Assembly (NCBI GenBank): GCA_963693055.1
Contig: OY843751.1
Span: 4,416,001-4,480,000 of the forward strand
Direction of reading: 5' to 3'
DNA from: a bacterium
GTDB taxonomy: Bacteria; Zhuqueibacterota; Zhuqueibacteria; Residuimicrobiales; Krinioviventaceae
Length of the DNA: 64,000 bases
The notes below the pieces were generated by a model that made no database searches, was not told the origin of the DNA, and saw nothing but the letters and a program-made list of their open reading frames with translations. Shown here piece by piece: positions 9,267 to 20,716 of this stretch (position 1 is its first letter; each line of letters opens with the position of its first letter). Both the position numbers and the translations under genes were made by a program.

Positions 9267-11003
9267 TCAGCTTGCCATCAACTTTAACTGATACGCCACC
9301 ATCTCTTGTCCGTTACGAACCAGCAGCTTGTCTTTAACCACGACCGGATGGTTCCAGGTTTTGCCTTCAATGGCAGGGAATTTGACCAGTTCATGATATC
9401 CCTCCGGAACAGCACGCACCAGTGCAAGTTCTCCCTTTTCTGACAAGACGATCATCAAATCCTGTTCGTCCAAAAGGACAAACTGTCCCCGGCCATAACG
9501 GCCGCCTTTCCACAAGCGTTCACCGGATTTCAAATCTACACAGGTAAGTCCGTTTCCATGAAAACCATAAGCATAATCCTGATGGATAACAGAATCGTTA
9601 AAATAGGGATTAATCCGTTTCGAGCTCCATTTTTCATTAACGGTCCACTTTCCATTCTCCTGCGCAACGGTTATACATTGAACCCCATTCCGATCATCCA
9701 CACTAATGAGCATTTCACCATCATCTATCAGTGCAGGCTGCACAATAGGATGTCCCTCCCAGTCATGCTGCCATAATATTGCACCCTTTTCAGGTGTTAC
9801 ACTCTTGATCCCCGCCTCATTTAAAAACAGGATCTGTTCAACATCATCAATCATTACATAATGCGGAGAACTGTAACAATCTCCACCGGCATTCAAATTC
9901 CAAATCAGGTCCCCGGTTTCCAGCGCATACGCAACAAGAGAACCCGCCGCCGCAACAATGACCTTGTCATCTAACACAAGCGGAGAAGCAGAAAAACCCC
10001 ACATCGGGACCTTTGTTTCCGTATCTTGCCCAACATCCCGTGACCATATTACGGACCCGTCCCGCTCATCCAAAACATTCAAAATTCCGGTTGCGCCCAA
10101 AGCATAAACACATCCATTGTCAAGGGTAGGTGTCCCACGTGGCCCCGCACCACCATTTGACTCCCAGAAACGGGTTTCATCGCTGTGCATCCACATAGGT
10201 TTCCCGGTTTTTAGATGATAACACGCAATAATTTCATCATCACCACGCTGTTCCTGTGTAAAGAACAGATTGCCGTGGACTGCAAAAGAAGACCAACCCG
10301 GCCCAACAGCCCGTCGCCACAACTCCTGTGGTGGTGTAACCGACCAGCTTGAGTCGATAACTATATCGCGTACAATGCCGTTACGTGCAGGGCCTCTAAA
10401 TCCCGGCCATTCGGGTTGCAATGTCGAATCTACATCAACTATTTGATGCGGCAATTCTGTTTGAGGATCAATTTTCTCGACCAGTTGCTCCTCAGGACTG
10501 GCAGTCCATCGCCAGCTAAAATCAATATGCAAATCGGCAGTTATACCACCGGTACGCAAAAGCGCCCAGTACCCACAAGCCATCAAAACCGCAACAACCA
10601 TAGTGGTCCGTTTGACTGGGACAGGAAATCGTTGTGATATTACTGCCCAAAAGACAAACATTAAACTCACAAGCGGAGTTGCGTAAATAACAAACATCAA
10701 ACCCATCATACCGTTTGCAATGGATTCATGTAAAATCAGAGGAGTAGCAGCCATAGCAGCAATAATCAACAAAACGCCCAACCAGCGGTCTGTTCTAGGT
10801 GCCCGGCTGAAAAACGCCCACCAAAGTACAACAACCAGCCCCAATATCAGGCCACCAAACACGGCAAGAGCCAAAGCCGCAGGGACCAATATGGGTAGCA
10901 CATATCTTGTCAGCCATTGCAAAATAACAAGAGCAATACCAGGCCATAACCGTAAAGGCTTTTGTTCAGCATTACTAACGTTGCTTTTTCTTTGCTTAAA
11001 CAT
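9267..11003 (-). CDS. Membrane-anchored PQQ-like beta-propeller protein
   Basis: N-terminal TM helices then WPGFRGP.RNG, GPGWSS, GPRGTP, GKTWNHPVV repeats. Confidence 0.85.
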   Translation of the reverse strand: MFKQRKSNVSNAEQKPLRLWPGIALVILQWLTRYVLPILVPAALALAVFGGLILGLVVVLWWAFFSRAPRTDRWLGVLLIIAAMAATPLILHESIANGMMGLMFVIYATPLVSLMFVFWAVISQRFPVPVKRTTMVVAVLMACGYWALLRTGGITADLHIDFSWRWTASPEEQLVEKIDPQTELPHQIVDVDSTLQPEWPGFRGPARNGIVRDIVIDSSWSVTPPQELWRRAVGPGWSSFAVHGNLFFTQEQRGDDEIIACYHLKTGKPMWMHSDETRFWESNGGAGPRGTPTLDNGCVYALGATGILNVLDERDGSVIWSRDVGQDTETKVPMWGFSASPLVLDDKVIVAAAGSLVAYALETGDLIWNLNAGGDCYSSPHYVMIDDVEQILFLNEAGIKSVTPEKGAILWQHDWEGHPIVQPALIDDGEMLISVDDRNGVQCITVAQENGKWTVNEKWSSKRINPYFNDSVIHQDYAYGFHGNGLTCVDLKSGERLWKGGRYGRGQFVLLDEQDLMIVLSEKGELALVRAVPEGYHELVKFPAIEGKTWNHPVVVKDKLLVRNGQEMVAYQLKLMAS

Positions 11004-11056
11004 TTACTACTCCTGTTTTATGGAGAAACACAAAAGTTATGCCCCAGAACAAAAGA

Positions 11057-11740
11057 TCAATTATGCACAGGTTCTTTTACACCTTTAATCAGCAACCATA
11101 AAGTTAATGAAAACTCGGCAATTACAGCAGGTACTGCAACAAACCAGGCAAATAACGTTTCATTGCCAGGTAAAAGGAAATCACCAAAACTTTCAGTTAA
11201 ATATCCAAATGCGGCTATAATCATAAATACACCAAATATTGACGGAAACAAATTTGATTTGTACAACAAATATCCCAATAAAAACAAATGTACGCCAAAA
11301 AATGCTCCACCTATTAAATAACCATATCCATGCAAATCCAAAAACAACATTGCAAGCCCATTCAACTGCTCCTGTCCAAAACCGGACAAATACGCAGAGC
11401 CACTCAACAACGGCAATACAACAAAATGGTTTAGCAAATTCACCGCGGCAATTGCAGGATGCGCCAGCAATCTGAAAGCAGCAGCAACCAAAGCAATAGT
11501 TTTACCTGCGGGCTTTAAAAGTACATAAAACAACATCGCAATTGCCGCATCACACATGAATGCTATCAAATCTGTGGCAAATCCAAGACGAAACAATCCC
11601 TCAGAGGCCATTATATTACTGGCTGTAGCAGCCGCATCGCCGGTTACAATCAAACTCGAACGTACAAATCCTTCACTGAACCCAGCCAGAATAATTACCA
11701 ATAAATATAAAACACCTGTTACTCGTGCTGTTCTTTTCAT
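11057..11740 (-). CDS. DUF4386-family membrane protein
   Basis: ARVTGVLYL, GDAAATASNI, LFRLG, final E..L.LWLLIKG; start at ATG MKRTAR. Confidence 0.8.
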   Translation of the reverse strand: MKRTARVTGVLYLLVIILAGFSEGFVRSSLIVTGDAAATASNIMASEGLFRLGFATDLIAFMCDAAIAMLFYVLLKPAGKTIALVAAAFRLLAHPAIAAVNLLNHFVVLPLLSGSAYLSGFGQEQLNGLAMLFLDLHGYGYLIGGAFFGVHLFLLGYLLYKSNLFPSIFGVFMIIAAFGYLTESFGDFLLPGNETLFAWFVAVPAVIAEFSLTLWLLIKGVKEPVHN

Positions 11741-11762
11741 ATATATATATCCTTCATTTTCC

Positions 11763-12749
11763 TTATTGATGTAAATGGTCCAAAATGACAAGCACACTGC
11801 CCCTTTTATGACCTGCTTCAACATGATGATGTGCTTCTACAATATCTTCTATGGGATACAACTTGTCTATAACAGACCAGACCTTTTCCTCTTCTATCAA
11901 TTCTTTTAATAGTTCAAGGTCTCTGGCTTTATCCCGAGCTTTGCGCATGCCGGTAAAAGCGATCTCTGCTCTTTTACCCTTACTTTTGGAAGTTAAGAGC
12001 ATCTGCATCAGGATTGAAAAATTTAATACTGTTGTTAAATAGATCCCCTTATCAGTCAATATTTTTTTACACTTTGTAAAGGAGCTCTTGCCAACGGTAT
12101 CAAAAACCACATCATAGGTTTCTCCGGTTTTGGAAAAATCTGTTTGGCTATAATCGATCACAGAATCAGCTCCCAATGATTTCACCAGATCAACATTATT
12201 TGTGCTGCAAACACCGGTCACCTCGGCACCATAATAACTGGCAAGCTGCACCGCAAAAGTACCTATTGCTCCGGACGCGCCAATGATTAATATTTTTTGT
12301 CCGCTTTGTAATTTTGCATTGTCTCTTAAAAACGGTAGGGCAACCAGGGCGCCGTCACATACAGCCGCAGCCTGATTAAAATTCATGTTTTCCGGTTTTT
12401 TCGCAATGGCATCGTTTTCTGCCAGGGATTGGAACTCTACATAAGCACCCATTGTATCGCCGGATGCTCCGTAAACCGTATCCCCGGGTTTGAACTTTTC
12501 AACATTGCTTCCCACTTTGACAACTGTTCCGGACAATGCATCACCTAAAATTTGATTTTTGGGTTTGCTCATCCCCAAAATCATTCTTGTATATCTGGGA
12601 ATCCCTCTTCTAAAAATCACATCCGTCGCGCTAATTACAACAGCGTGATTACGTATCAAAACCTGACTTTCCCCCGGTATTGGTGTAACAATATCATGCA
12701 ACTCTAATACCTCGGGAGGGCCATATTTTTTGTACAATACAGCTTTCAT
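11763..12749 (-). CDS. NAD(P)-dependent MDR-family oxidoreductase
   Basis: MKAV...YGPPEVL, GASGAIGTFAVQLA, GADSVIDY, YDVVFDTVG. Confidence 0.9.
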   Translation of the reverse strand: MKAVLYKKYGPPEVLELHDIVTPIPGESQVLIRNHAVVISATDVIFRRGIPRYTRMILGMSKPKNQILGDALSGTVVKVGSNVEKFKPGDTVYGASGDTMGAYVEFQSLAENDAIAKKPENMNFNQAAAVCDGALVALPFLRDNAKLQSGQKILIIGASGAIGTFAVQLASYYGAEVTGVCSTNNVDLVKSLGADSVIDYSQTDFSKTGETYDVVFDTVGKSSFTKCKKILTDKGIYLTTVLNFSILMQMLLTSKSKGKRAEIAFTGMRKARDKARDLELLKELIEEEKVWSVIDKLYPIEDIVEAHHHVEAGHKRGSVLVILDHLHQ

Positions 12750-12965
12750 ATATATTATACCTCCGGCATAATTATTATACATTCAATATTAGTTGATTTG
12801 TACGGGAACTTGAGTACAAGGTTACATTTATAACAAACAAATGCGGTGTATATTTCTGTTAAATGAATCTAAATGTGAAATGACAAAAATATATGTGGAA
12901 TACAATAATGCAGGAAAAATCCCCCTTGTAACCTGGCAAGAACACCCCCGTGTTCTACCAATGTA

Positions 12966-14936
12966 TTATTTTTCTTTAAAAGAGACAGCACCACAATCCG
13001 GAATGCCGGCAACACGGTACCAGGATTCAAAAAAGTCTTTCAAGCTTCCGGGGTACCAGGCCCGTTTAACATTCATCCAGCTACGCTGATCTCCAACCGC
13101 ATAATAGATACAGGTCTTTCCATCAACCTCTATAATATCCGGGTCTGAGGCGTTAACCCCTTCATCCAGACCATCTGCACGCAATACAGGATTCGCAGCG
13201 CTCAATTTCCAATGCTTTAAATCTTTTGAACGGGTAACCCAGGTTTCAAACTCCCAGCGGGGTGAACGACTTTCCAGGTACATCACATAATACCAGCCGT
13301 CAATATATCGTATACAGGGACATGCGGTATATCGATTTGTACCAAAAGTTGCCTCAGGCAGCTTGGTCCACTGCTTTAAATCAGAGGATTGTGCAAATTT
13401 GGTTGTAAAAGCAGGATACGCTTTGGTATTGGATTCATAAGCCATAACAAATCCATCCGCAGATTTACATACCGAAGAGTTAAAAAGTCCCTCATTCTCT
13501 CCTTTAACCACAACCCAAGAGTCCCAATGCTTTAGATCTTTTGACTCAAAACAGGTAACATCATTCCAAGTACCATTCTCCCAACGAGAGGCAAAAAGAT
13601 AAACCGTCTCATTTTCAACCAAAATCGAAGCAAGACCATAACCATACGCACAACGCGCCAGTTCTTTTCCTGTTACTGCATCCTTTAGTAAAAGATAATA
13701 ATCACTTTTCACGCCACCACTGCCAGGACGAATGCTTTCCATATGGCACAATTGACCTTTCCACATAAAAGGCGAAATTTCACAAAGGTCTTTTTTCAAC
13801 AGTTGCTCATTCTCATAAACAGAGGATTTACGAGGATCAGGAGGCAAAAGATGATTAAAAACATCCACAGGCCAGTCTGGCAAGCGCAAAAATCCTTTTG
13901 GTAGATCCTGTTGAAACTGAACATATGCTTTTACATCACCACGAGTAGTATAATCAATACTATCAGCCGATGCCTTGTCTACAATTACACCAAACAGCTT
14001 GTATCCCATCAGGGTACAATCTGTAATATCTACATGTAAAAGATTACCATTCTGAACACTCTGTATGATCCCGTTTGAAGGCGTTCCATGGGGCTGAGAA
14101 AAATTCAGCACAATCAATCGGCATCTTTCAATCGCTGCATGGGTATAGGTATGGAATCCGAAATTGCTGGCCTTTAATGCACATTGCGGACTGACCATTG
14201 TACAATCTTCAAATCGTACATCCGGCAGTTCAGGCATAGACTCGTTTTCAACACGTACATACGCGGCAGAGGTATCTCCCCATTCATCCAATGCCCACAG
14301 CCAGCAGTTTTTAAACAAAATAGGCTCATCATGTCTCGACAAACAGCTGGCTACACCGCCACCAAACGCACGACCAATACTGACACAATTTTCTACAAAT
14401 ACCGAAAAAGGTTTAACCTGATCTGTCAAATCAAAAAAGATACCGCCATCGCCACCGGTGACATATAGATTTTTCAAATGCCAGCGGTCCCAACCGATTG
14501 CTGAGAATGTCGGATCCGTATGCTCCTTTGACCATCCCTGTGAATTGGACCGTATAGGCCCCCACCAGTCATAGCTCTTAAAGCCTTTAAGCTCGGGATC
14601 ACCGGAATCGATAACAACCCATCCACTGGTGCCAGATCCATACTCACCATAAATATCACCAATCAATTCATTATAGCTTCCCTTGGCTCCTTTTTCAGCG
14701 GGATACAGCATGCCTTCAAAATAGGTGTCCGGCCGGATGATAATCTTGTGCCCTCCACTGGAATTGGGAACAGAGTCCAGTGCTTTTTGTACCGAAGTAA
14801 ATGCTTTCTCCCATGATGATCCATCTGAATTGCTGCCCAGTTTAGACACATAAAATGTACTTGCATGTACATTGAACACAAACAACAAAACCAAAATCCA
14901 TAGACGCATATGCAAAATCCTTATTGTTCTATTCAT
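12966..14936 (-). CDS. Exported two-domain protein: pectin-lyase-like N-terminus plus five-bladed beta-propeller glycosidase-like C-terminus
   Basis: FYVSKLG.NSDGSSWEKAF start typical of beta-helix proteins; repeated S.DL..W motifs and NASDPD in the C-terminal half. Confidence 0.6.
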   Translation of the reverse strand: MNRTIRILHMRLWILVLLFVFNVHASTFYVSKLGSNSDGSSWEKAFTSVQKALDSVPNSSGGHKIIIRPDTYFEGMLYPAEKGAKGSYNELIGDIYGEYGSGTSGWVVIDSGDPELKGFKSYDWWGPIRSNSQGWSKEHTDPTFSAIGWDRWHLKNLYVTGGDGGIFFDLTDQVKPFSVFVENCVSIGRAFGGGVASCLSRHDEPILFKNCWLWALDEWGDTSAAYVRVENESMPELPDVRFEDCTMVSPQCALKASNFGFHTYTHAAIERCRLIVLNFSQPHGTPSNGIIQSVQNGNLLHVDITDCTLMGYKLFGVIVDKASADSIDYTTRGDVKAYVQFQQDLPKGFLRLPDWPVDVFNHLLPPDPRKSSVYENEQLLKKDLCEISPFMWKGQLCHMESIRPGSGGVKSDYYLLLKDAVTGKELARCAYGYGLASILVENETVYLFASRWENGTWNDVTCFESKDLKHWDSWVVVKGENEGLFNSSVCKSADGFVMAYESNTKAYPAFTTKFAQSSDLKQWTKLPEATFGTNRYTACPCIRYIDGWYYVMYLESRSPRWEFETWVTRSKDLKHWKLSAANPVLRADGLDEGVNASDPDIIEVDGKTCIYYAVGDQRSWMNVKRAWYPGSLKDFFESWYRVAGIPDCGAVSFKEK

Positions 14937-17058
14937 TGACTATTCGGTAATACAAAGTTTCATACTCTGTTACCATTCTATTTAAAGAGAATTCTTTCAA
15001 TACTCTATTTCTCGCATTTTTAGTTAAATATTGAACAAAACGTCTGTCCTCTATAGCTCTTGTAATCAACTCGCACAGTCTTTCAGGATCACCGGGTGGC
15101 ATTAAAAAACCCGAATGCTCATGTTCAATCAATTCAGGAATACCTCCTACTTGGGATGCAATAACAACCAGTCCGGCGGACATGGCCTCCAATATAGAAA
15201 CCGGCATTCCTTCAGACCAAGAGGGGAGACAAAAAATATCTGCACTCTGATACCATGATTTAACGTTTGTATGAAAACCGGCAAATTCAATCATTTCCGA
15301 TACGCCCAAAGTTTCTGCCAGATTCTCTAGTTTTCCATTCATATCATCACGGCCCAAAAAAATAAACTGTATAGATGTATTTCCTCTATCTTTGAATAAT
15401 TTTGCCGTTTGAAGTTAAGTGATATGACCTTTAATTTTTTTTAAACTAGCAACTGTCAGAACTCTTGTTTTGCCATGTTGAGTCACTTTATTAACATCAA
15501 AGGGGTGAATCCCATTATATATTACAGAAATTTTATCACTGGGTAAATTGTATTTTCCCAAAATCTGGTCAGCGCCCGTCTTTGTCACGGAAATCCATTG
15601 GCATATATCTTTTTGTGTCATTTTAAACAACCATGATTTCATCGGATTTTCAAAATCATGAATCCCATGCAGCGTTGAAATTACAGGGACAGATCGCCTG
15701 TGCTTAAAAAAAAGCGTAACAACCTGTGCCGTTATTCCATGGGTTTGTATAAGATCAATCTTGTGTTTCTTGATGATGCTGCCAAGTTTGTACAAAGACA
15801 ATGGATTATAAAAATTCAGTAAATAACCCGGTACATTATATTTTGCCGCTTCCTGAATCAAAATGCCCTCACCCTTTAAGCATACCAGGGTATAATTCAC
15901 TTTATCACTTTTGTGGGCCATCATTTTCAGAACCAAATTTTCAGCACCCCCAATATCACTTGAGGTTGTGACTTGCATTACGTTTACCGGCTTTACTTCC
16001 TTTTGCTTTACCATGGCATTCAGCCATTTATCGGCATTTACGTCATAAGAGAATTTATTATGGACTGTTTCAAGACCGTTTTTACTGAATTTCTCATAAA
16101 CCTCTGCATCCTGAATCAAGGATATTAAACACATCTCCCATTCATCCAAACCGGAAGCAAGATAACCATTGTCACCATGTTGAATGATCTCTTTATTGAA
16201 TCCCACGGCGGATGCAACAACAGGAACGCCTGCTGACATGTACTGCAAAAGCTTGTAGCCGGCTTTCCCCCGCGTCCAGGGATTGTCTGTCAAGGGCATA
16301 ATGCCGATATCAAATGATTGCAGGTCTTGTAATTCACTTTTTTTATTCCATGGCAAACATTCAATATTCAAGCCGGGTACATTATAATTCTCAATCCCCA
16401 CCAAACGAAAAACGATTTCAAAAGATCGACTCAAACATAGCATTACCGGGGTGACTTCATTCAAGTATTCCCGGGTTGAATTACTTCCCATCCAACCTAT
16501 TACTGTTGGGCCATCCTTGGACCTTTTGGGCCTGGGACTAACTGGCGTTTCAATACAGGTTGGAACAACCGTAACATTGGAATTATATTTCTTTGTATAC
16601 GCTTCAAGATAGGGTGTGCTGGTTATAACCGCATCACAATTGCTTATAATTTTTTCAACGGATTTAAAATAGAGAACCAGTCTTTTAAACAGGGTTTTCT
16701 TTTTATAATATTCAAAAATAGCATCATCAAAATCAAAAACACTAAAAGGTGCCAGCCGTACAATCAATTTATCCAACAATGGATAAAAATATGGCAAGGT
16801 CTCTCTTTGCAATACAACAATATCATATTTTTTCAATTGCAGTAAAACTGCAATTCTGTCTTGAACCTTGAGTAGAAACCATAAAATCTTGTTAAATAAA
16901 GTTGGATGTGAATGATAGACACGGTCCAGTTTTTCCGATACGCCCGGACGTACAGTATATTTTATATTCTCTTTATCAAGATAGCCTAGCCATTCGTAAA
17001 CTCTGGCCCGACTGGATGCCCCCTGGACAGTTGTCTGGGTGAGAAAGAGAATATGCAT
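14929..17058 (-). pseudogene. Tandem double GT4 glycosyltransferase interrupted by an in-frame TAA at 15415-15417
   Basis: Both ORF-track pieces are in one frame: KGHIT*LQTAKLFKDRGNTSIQFIFLGRDD...; GT4 motifs KLLQYMSAGVPVVAS and EGMPVSILEAMSAG. Confidence 0.8.
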
Positions 17059-17145
17059 ATTTTACTCCAAACTGAAAGCTAATATACTTAATATTTGCAT
17101 TTATGCAAAACAATCTTTCACAATGAATTATTTACTATGAAAAAT

Positions 17146-17637
17146 TTAATCCGACATCCCCATTTCCCTCAATATTTTCTCTGCGGTTAAAACTTGCTGG
17201 CAAGGCACCATAACTTTGTATTCATTGATATTAACACGATTGGTGTCTCCGGCAATACGATACAATGTATAGTCAGAACTTCCCAGGTGCAATGGATTGG
17301 ATTTTCGCGAGTATAAAAACGGATGCAGCCCTGATGATTCCAGGTTCTCTTTAACATATTCTGCCTGAGCAAGATCAGAAACGCCATATACTTTGGCCAT
17401 GCCTTCAACAATTTCATAATGACTATGCGCATTGCACAAAAATTTCCCATTTACCCGGTTTGCACAGCGTTTACAGTATGCAATACAACAGATAATACAC
17501 ACCCCTTCTGCCGGTTCAGAATAATGGGTATCACACTTTGCGCCATCAACAAACAAAGCTCCACAATCGGGACAAAATTCATCATCAACGCTTCCCTCAT
17601 TCTCACAGACCGGGCAATACAAAGCTTCTTTACTCAT
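17146..17637 (-). CDS. Zinc-ribbon / B-box-like protein with DUF2007-like C-terminus
   Basis: CPVC..CPDCG, C..H....A...C..C....C..C pattern; A..VK..LE..G..... Confidence 0.6.
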   Translation of the reverse strand: MSKEALYCPVCENEGSVDDEFCPDCGALFVDGAKCDTHYSEPAEGVCIICCIAYCKRCANRVNGKFLCNAHSHYEIVEGMAKVYGVSDLAQAEYVKENLESSGLHPFLYSRKSNPLHLGSSDYTLYRIAGDTNRVNINEYKVMVPCQQVLTAEKILREMGMSD

Positions 17638-17739
17638 AATAATCCCTTTTATCAGAGAGACACCTTTACAATAAATTTATTCATCATGTATGTATAGGAT
17701 AATTATGATAAAGATAAAATTTGCATTTTCAAAACAAAA

Positions 17740-20364
17740 TCAAGCAAGTATTTGAAGTTTTTCAATCACACCCTTATTTTGTATCTGTTTTAATAGGTAA
17801 TCCAGATTTAATACAATTAATATTTCAGAGGTATCAGAGCCTTTTGAAGGTTTTACAATACAATCAACAAGCTCATTTTCATCCAGTACAGATTGTCCTC
17901 TGTCTATATTATCATTATTTACCCTGGGAATTTGACCCAGTGCATCCACAACAAGCCCTACTTTAACTTTTTGATTATTTTCCAAAATCAATTCCACAAC
18001 AATAATTGATGCCCTGGCAGGATCAATAGCATCTGTTGCATTTAACAATTGATGTAACGAAATCACAAAAATCACCTGATCGTCAAATAACGTTTTACCA
18101 CTGATCAGAGAATGCATACCCGGCATACCAGTAACATTTTTGTATTCTATAGCTTTACACACATCAGAAGCGTTTATTCCGAACCAGTTTCCACCAATAT
18201 AAAATGTTGCCAAATCAATTGTATCTTTAGCATTGGCAGCAGCTGTCTGATTATCAAAACTAATGTTTTTATTTATTAGTTTTACAACCGAGTCTTTGAT
18301 CGGCGCAACGGGATAAAATACGAGTCCGACAACATCATAAACATAACCATCATTCACTTTGTATTCTCTGTATCCCGCGCTTGTGCATGCACCAACAGCA
18401 TAATATTTATTGTTCAAAATAACAATTTTGGAGGTCTTTTCACCATTATTCAAAGCAAGTAAGGTTGGATCAATTTCAATCTTGTCGCCTGGCTGAAAAT
18501 CCAATGTGGTAGAGCTTATAATATACCCCTGGCGGTTGGTAAATAAACCAAAACTGCCTTCTCTGGCATTACCTTTATCATCTTTTGATAGTGAATCATT
18601 CAACATTGCAGAAAATTGAGGTGTACTGTCAAACACAATACCAATACCACCCAAAACAATTGACGAGTTTGTTAAATCTGTTATGGCAGCTCCATAAATA
18701 AATGTGTGCTCCTGATTATAAAGAGCTGTTTTCTCAAAATCAGACACACTAAATTTTTGACTATCCCTAATTGATAATGTTTCTTTGATCCAGGCTTGAT
18801 CCAGATGTGTTCCTACCAACTGACGTTGTTCAGAATCAGAAACTGCAAGTATTTTACCCCGTTTGTCAAATACAAATAGGTTCGTATAGACGGTATATAA
18901 ATTATTAATATATTTTAAAATTCGAGTTATTGAATCCAAATCCTGAGATGAGATCGAATCCTGGGCCAATAGACGTCTGAACTCTGAAGTCAATGCCCAC
19001 CATCTGCAATCATTCGCACGTTCATATAAATTCCGGTCCATAATATCAACGGCCAGTGCAGCTTGAAATTCTACATCCTGCAAAATGGAAGAAATAACGG
19101 TTTCGTAAAGATTATCAATAGAATCTTTAAATACGGATTTAGTACGTTCACCGGCGTTGGAAATACTCCAAAGTAAAACTTTGGTAGAATCGTTTTTTTC
19201 ATCAACATTGCCGTTCCATACAGTCCGCTCTAATTCAGACTGAATCAATTCAGCTTTTAAAGGTATAGTTCTTAATTCTTTTGAAAATAATTGTGATGAA
19301 GACAAAACCTGTGACAAGGTTGTTTTGTCAATCCGATTTTCAAGATCTTTTGTATCTGCCTGCGCAAATGCATGCTGCAGAGGAAGCATAACATGCCCAA
19401 ACCAGCCCAGGCCCATATATCCCTCATATCCCTGCGTTTTACAAGTTTTGGCTAAATACTCACGACCGGCAAACCGAGCTATATTGAAATCACCATCCAA
19501 AGCCAACTCCATTTGTGCACCTATTCGGATATGTTCTTCATCTGAACTTGCAATCACTTTGCCCGTTTTATCTAAAAGCGTTAATACGCCCCACTCTTTA
19601 GCATTGTGCAGCTTGGAAAAGATGCCTTTCATTTCATTCTGAAACCGGAAACACAGGGCCAAAACACCAATGGATTTTGCCTGACTGTTATTACTTTCCT
19701 GAACACGATACGCGTATATTAAAGAATCCCCTTCACCGGGCAGTACATCCGTTTCCCGATAAATTTCGACATATTCTTTGCTAGTTGAAAGCGCATCCTG
19801 TATGAATGGATCATTAGAGTGTTGTACATTATAATTTTGATCTAACCGGGCTTTAACATTCCCTTTTGTATCAAGGAGTATGATATCAAAATATACAGAA
19901 TATTTGGCCACATACTCTTTAAAACGTTGAATTATATGAGAGTGATTAAATTCCAGTGTAGCGTGGTTTTTATCATTCAGATCATTATCTGTGTGAGATA
20001 AAAAAGCGCGAATATCATCATCAGTAGAAAGAAACCCGATATCGGCAGTACGTTCAAACAGATTTCGTATTACAATATCAACTACTACCTGGGCTTTGGC
20101 TTTAATATTTTGTACTGTCTTTTTTAATGTTTCTAAACCCAGTTGCCCCAACAATTGAAAAGTTAATTCCTGAAAACTCTTTTGAGTACTGCTCATATCA
20201 GTACCCATATTGTTCATTTTACCCAGAATCGTAAACAGGTCCCATTGCCCCCCAAGATTTGACAACTCTTCCCGATATCGTTCCACATCCGGCATATGAT
20301 TAACCAACCCCTCCAATTTTGCCGGAATTTTCACAGTCTTGTAAACAAATTCATGTTCCTGCAT
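17740..20364 (-). CDS. Cytoplasmic tandem Cache-like sensor with C-terminal CheW domain
   Basis: Duplicated VDI..RNL.ER..D unit each followed by a Cache-like segment; C-terminal ATFYIG..WFGI...V...GLVVDALG; ggagga RBS before ATG 20364. Confidence 0.7.
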   Translation of the reverse strand: MQEHEFVYKTVKIPAKLEGLVNHMPDVERYREELSNLGGQWDLFTILGKMNNMGTDMSSTQKSFQELTFQLLGQLGLETLKKTVQNIKAKAQVVVDIVIRNLFERTADIGFLSTDDDIRAFLSHTDNDLNDKNHATLEFNHSHIIQRFKEYVAKYSVYFDIILLDTKGNVKARLDQNYNVQHSNDPFIQDALSTSKEYVEIYRETDVLPGEGDSLIYAYRVQESNNSQAKSIGVLALCFRFQNEMKGIFSKLHNAKEWGVLTLLDKTGKVIASSDEEHIRIGAQMELALDGDFNIARFAGREYLAKTCKTQGYEGYMGLGWFGHVMLPLQHAFAQADTKDLENRIDKTTLSQVLSSSQLFSKELRTIPLKAELIQSELERTVWNGNVDEKNDSTKVLLWSISNAGERTKSVFKDSIDNLYETVISSILQDVEFQAALAVDIMDRNLYERANDCRWWALTSEFRRLLAQDSISSQDLDSITRILKYINNLYTVYTNLFVFDKRGKILAVSDSEQRQLVGTHLDQAWIKETLSIRDSQKFSVSDFEKTALYNQEHTFIYGAAITDLTNSSIVLGGIGIVFDSTPQFSAMLNDSLSKDDKGNAREGSFGLFTNRQGYIISSTTLDFQPGDKIEIDPTLLALNNGEKTSKIVILNNKYYAVGACTSAGYREYKVNDGYVYDVVGLVFYPVAPIKDSVVKLINKNISFDNQTAAANAKDTIDLATFYIGGNWFGINASDVCKAIEYKNVTGMPGMHSLISGKTLFDDQVIFVISLHQLLNATDAIDPARASIIVVELILENNQKVKVGLVVDALGQIPRVNNDNIDRGQSVLDENELVDCIVKPSKGSDTSEILIVLNLDYLLKQIQNKGVIEKLQILA

Positions 20365-20716
20365 ATCTCCTCCAAACTCGTACAGACATTTTTCTACAAC
20401 TAGCAAGATAGACTTTAGGAATTAGGCAAAAGACGGGGTAATTTTGCGTTAATACAAAAGGTCAAATTCATGTTATAATAATACTAACAGAAGCAAAACA
20501 TGTAATAATTTTTAGTCCCAAAAAACTATGATAACATACCTATACATAGCTATTTTATAAATAGCAATTTTAGAGCCAAAATGTTCAGTCTAATAAATTG
20601 AAGCGAAATAATTCAATAAAATTTTACTTTTTATACAAAAACAAATCAAGCGTATAAATAAAATCAAATAGTAAATGGAATTCTTTGGTGAGGGAATTAT
20701 ATTTAACGAGTTCTGT

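Noticed and set aside
15415-15417. Programmed readthrough or alternative genetic code
   Set aside because: The codon is TAA, which terminates many other genes in this window; no recoding signal seen.
20401-20520. Possible c-di-GMP riboswitch upstream of the CheW fusion
   Set aside because: Only a gcaaaa/ttttgc stem; the GGCAAAC...GAAA...GACGCAAA core is not present in the right order.
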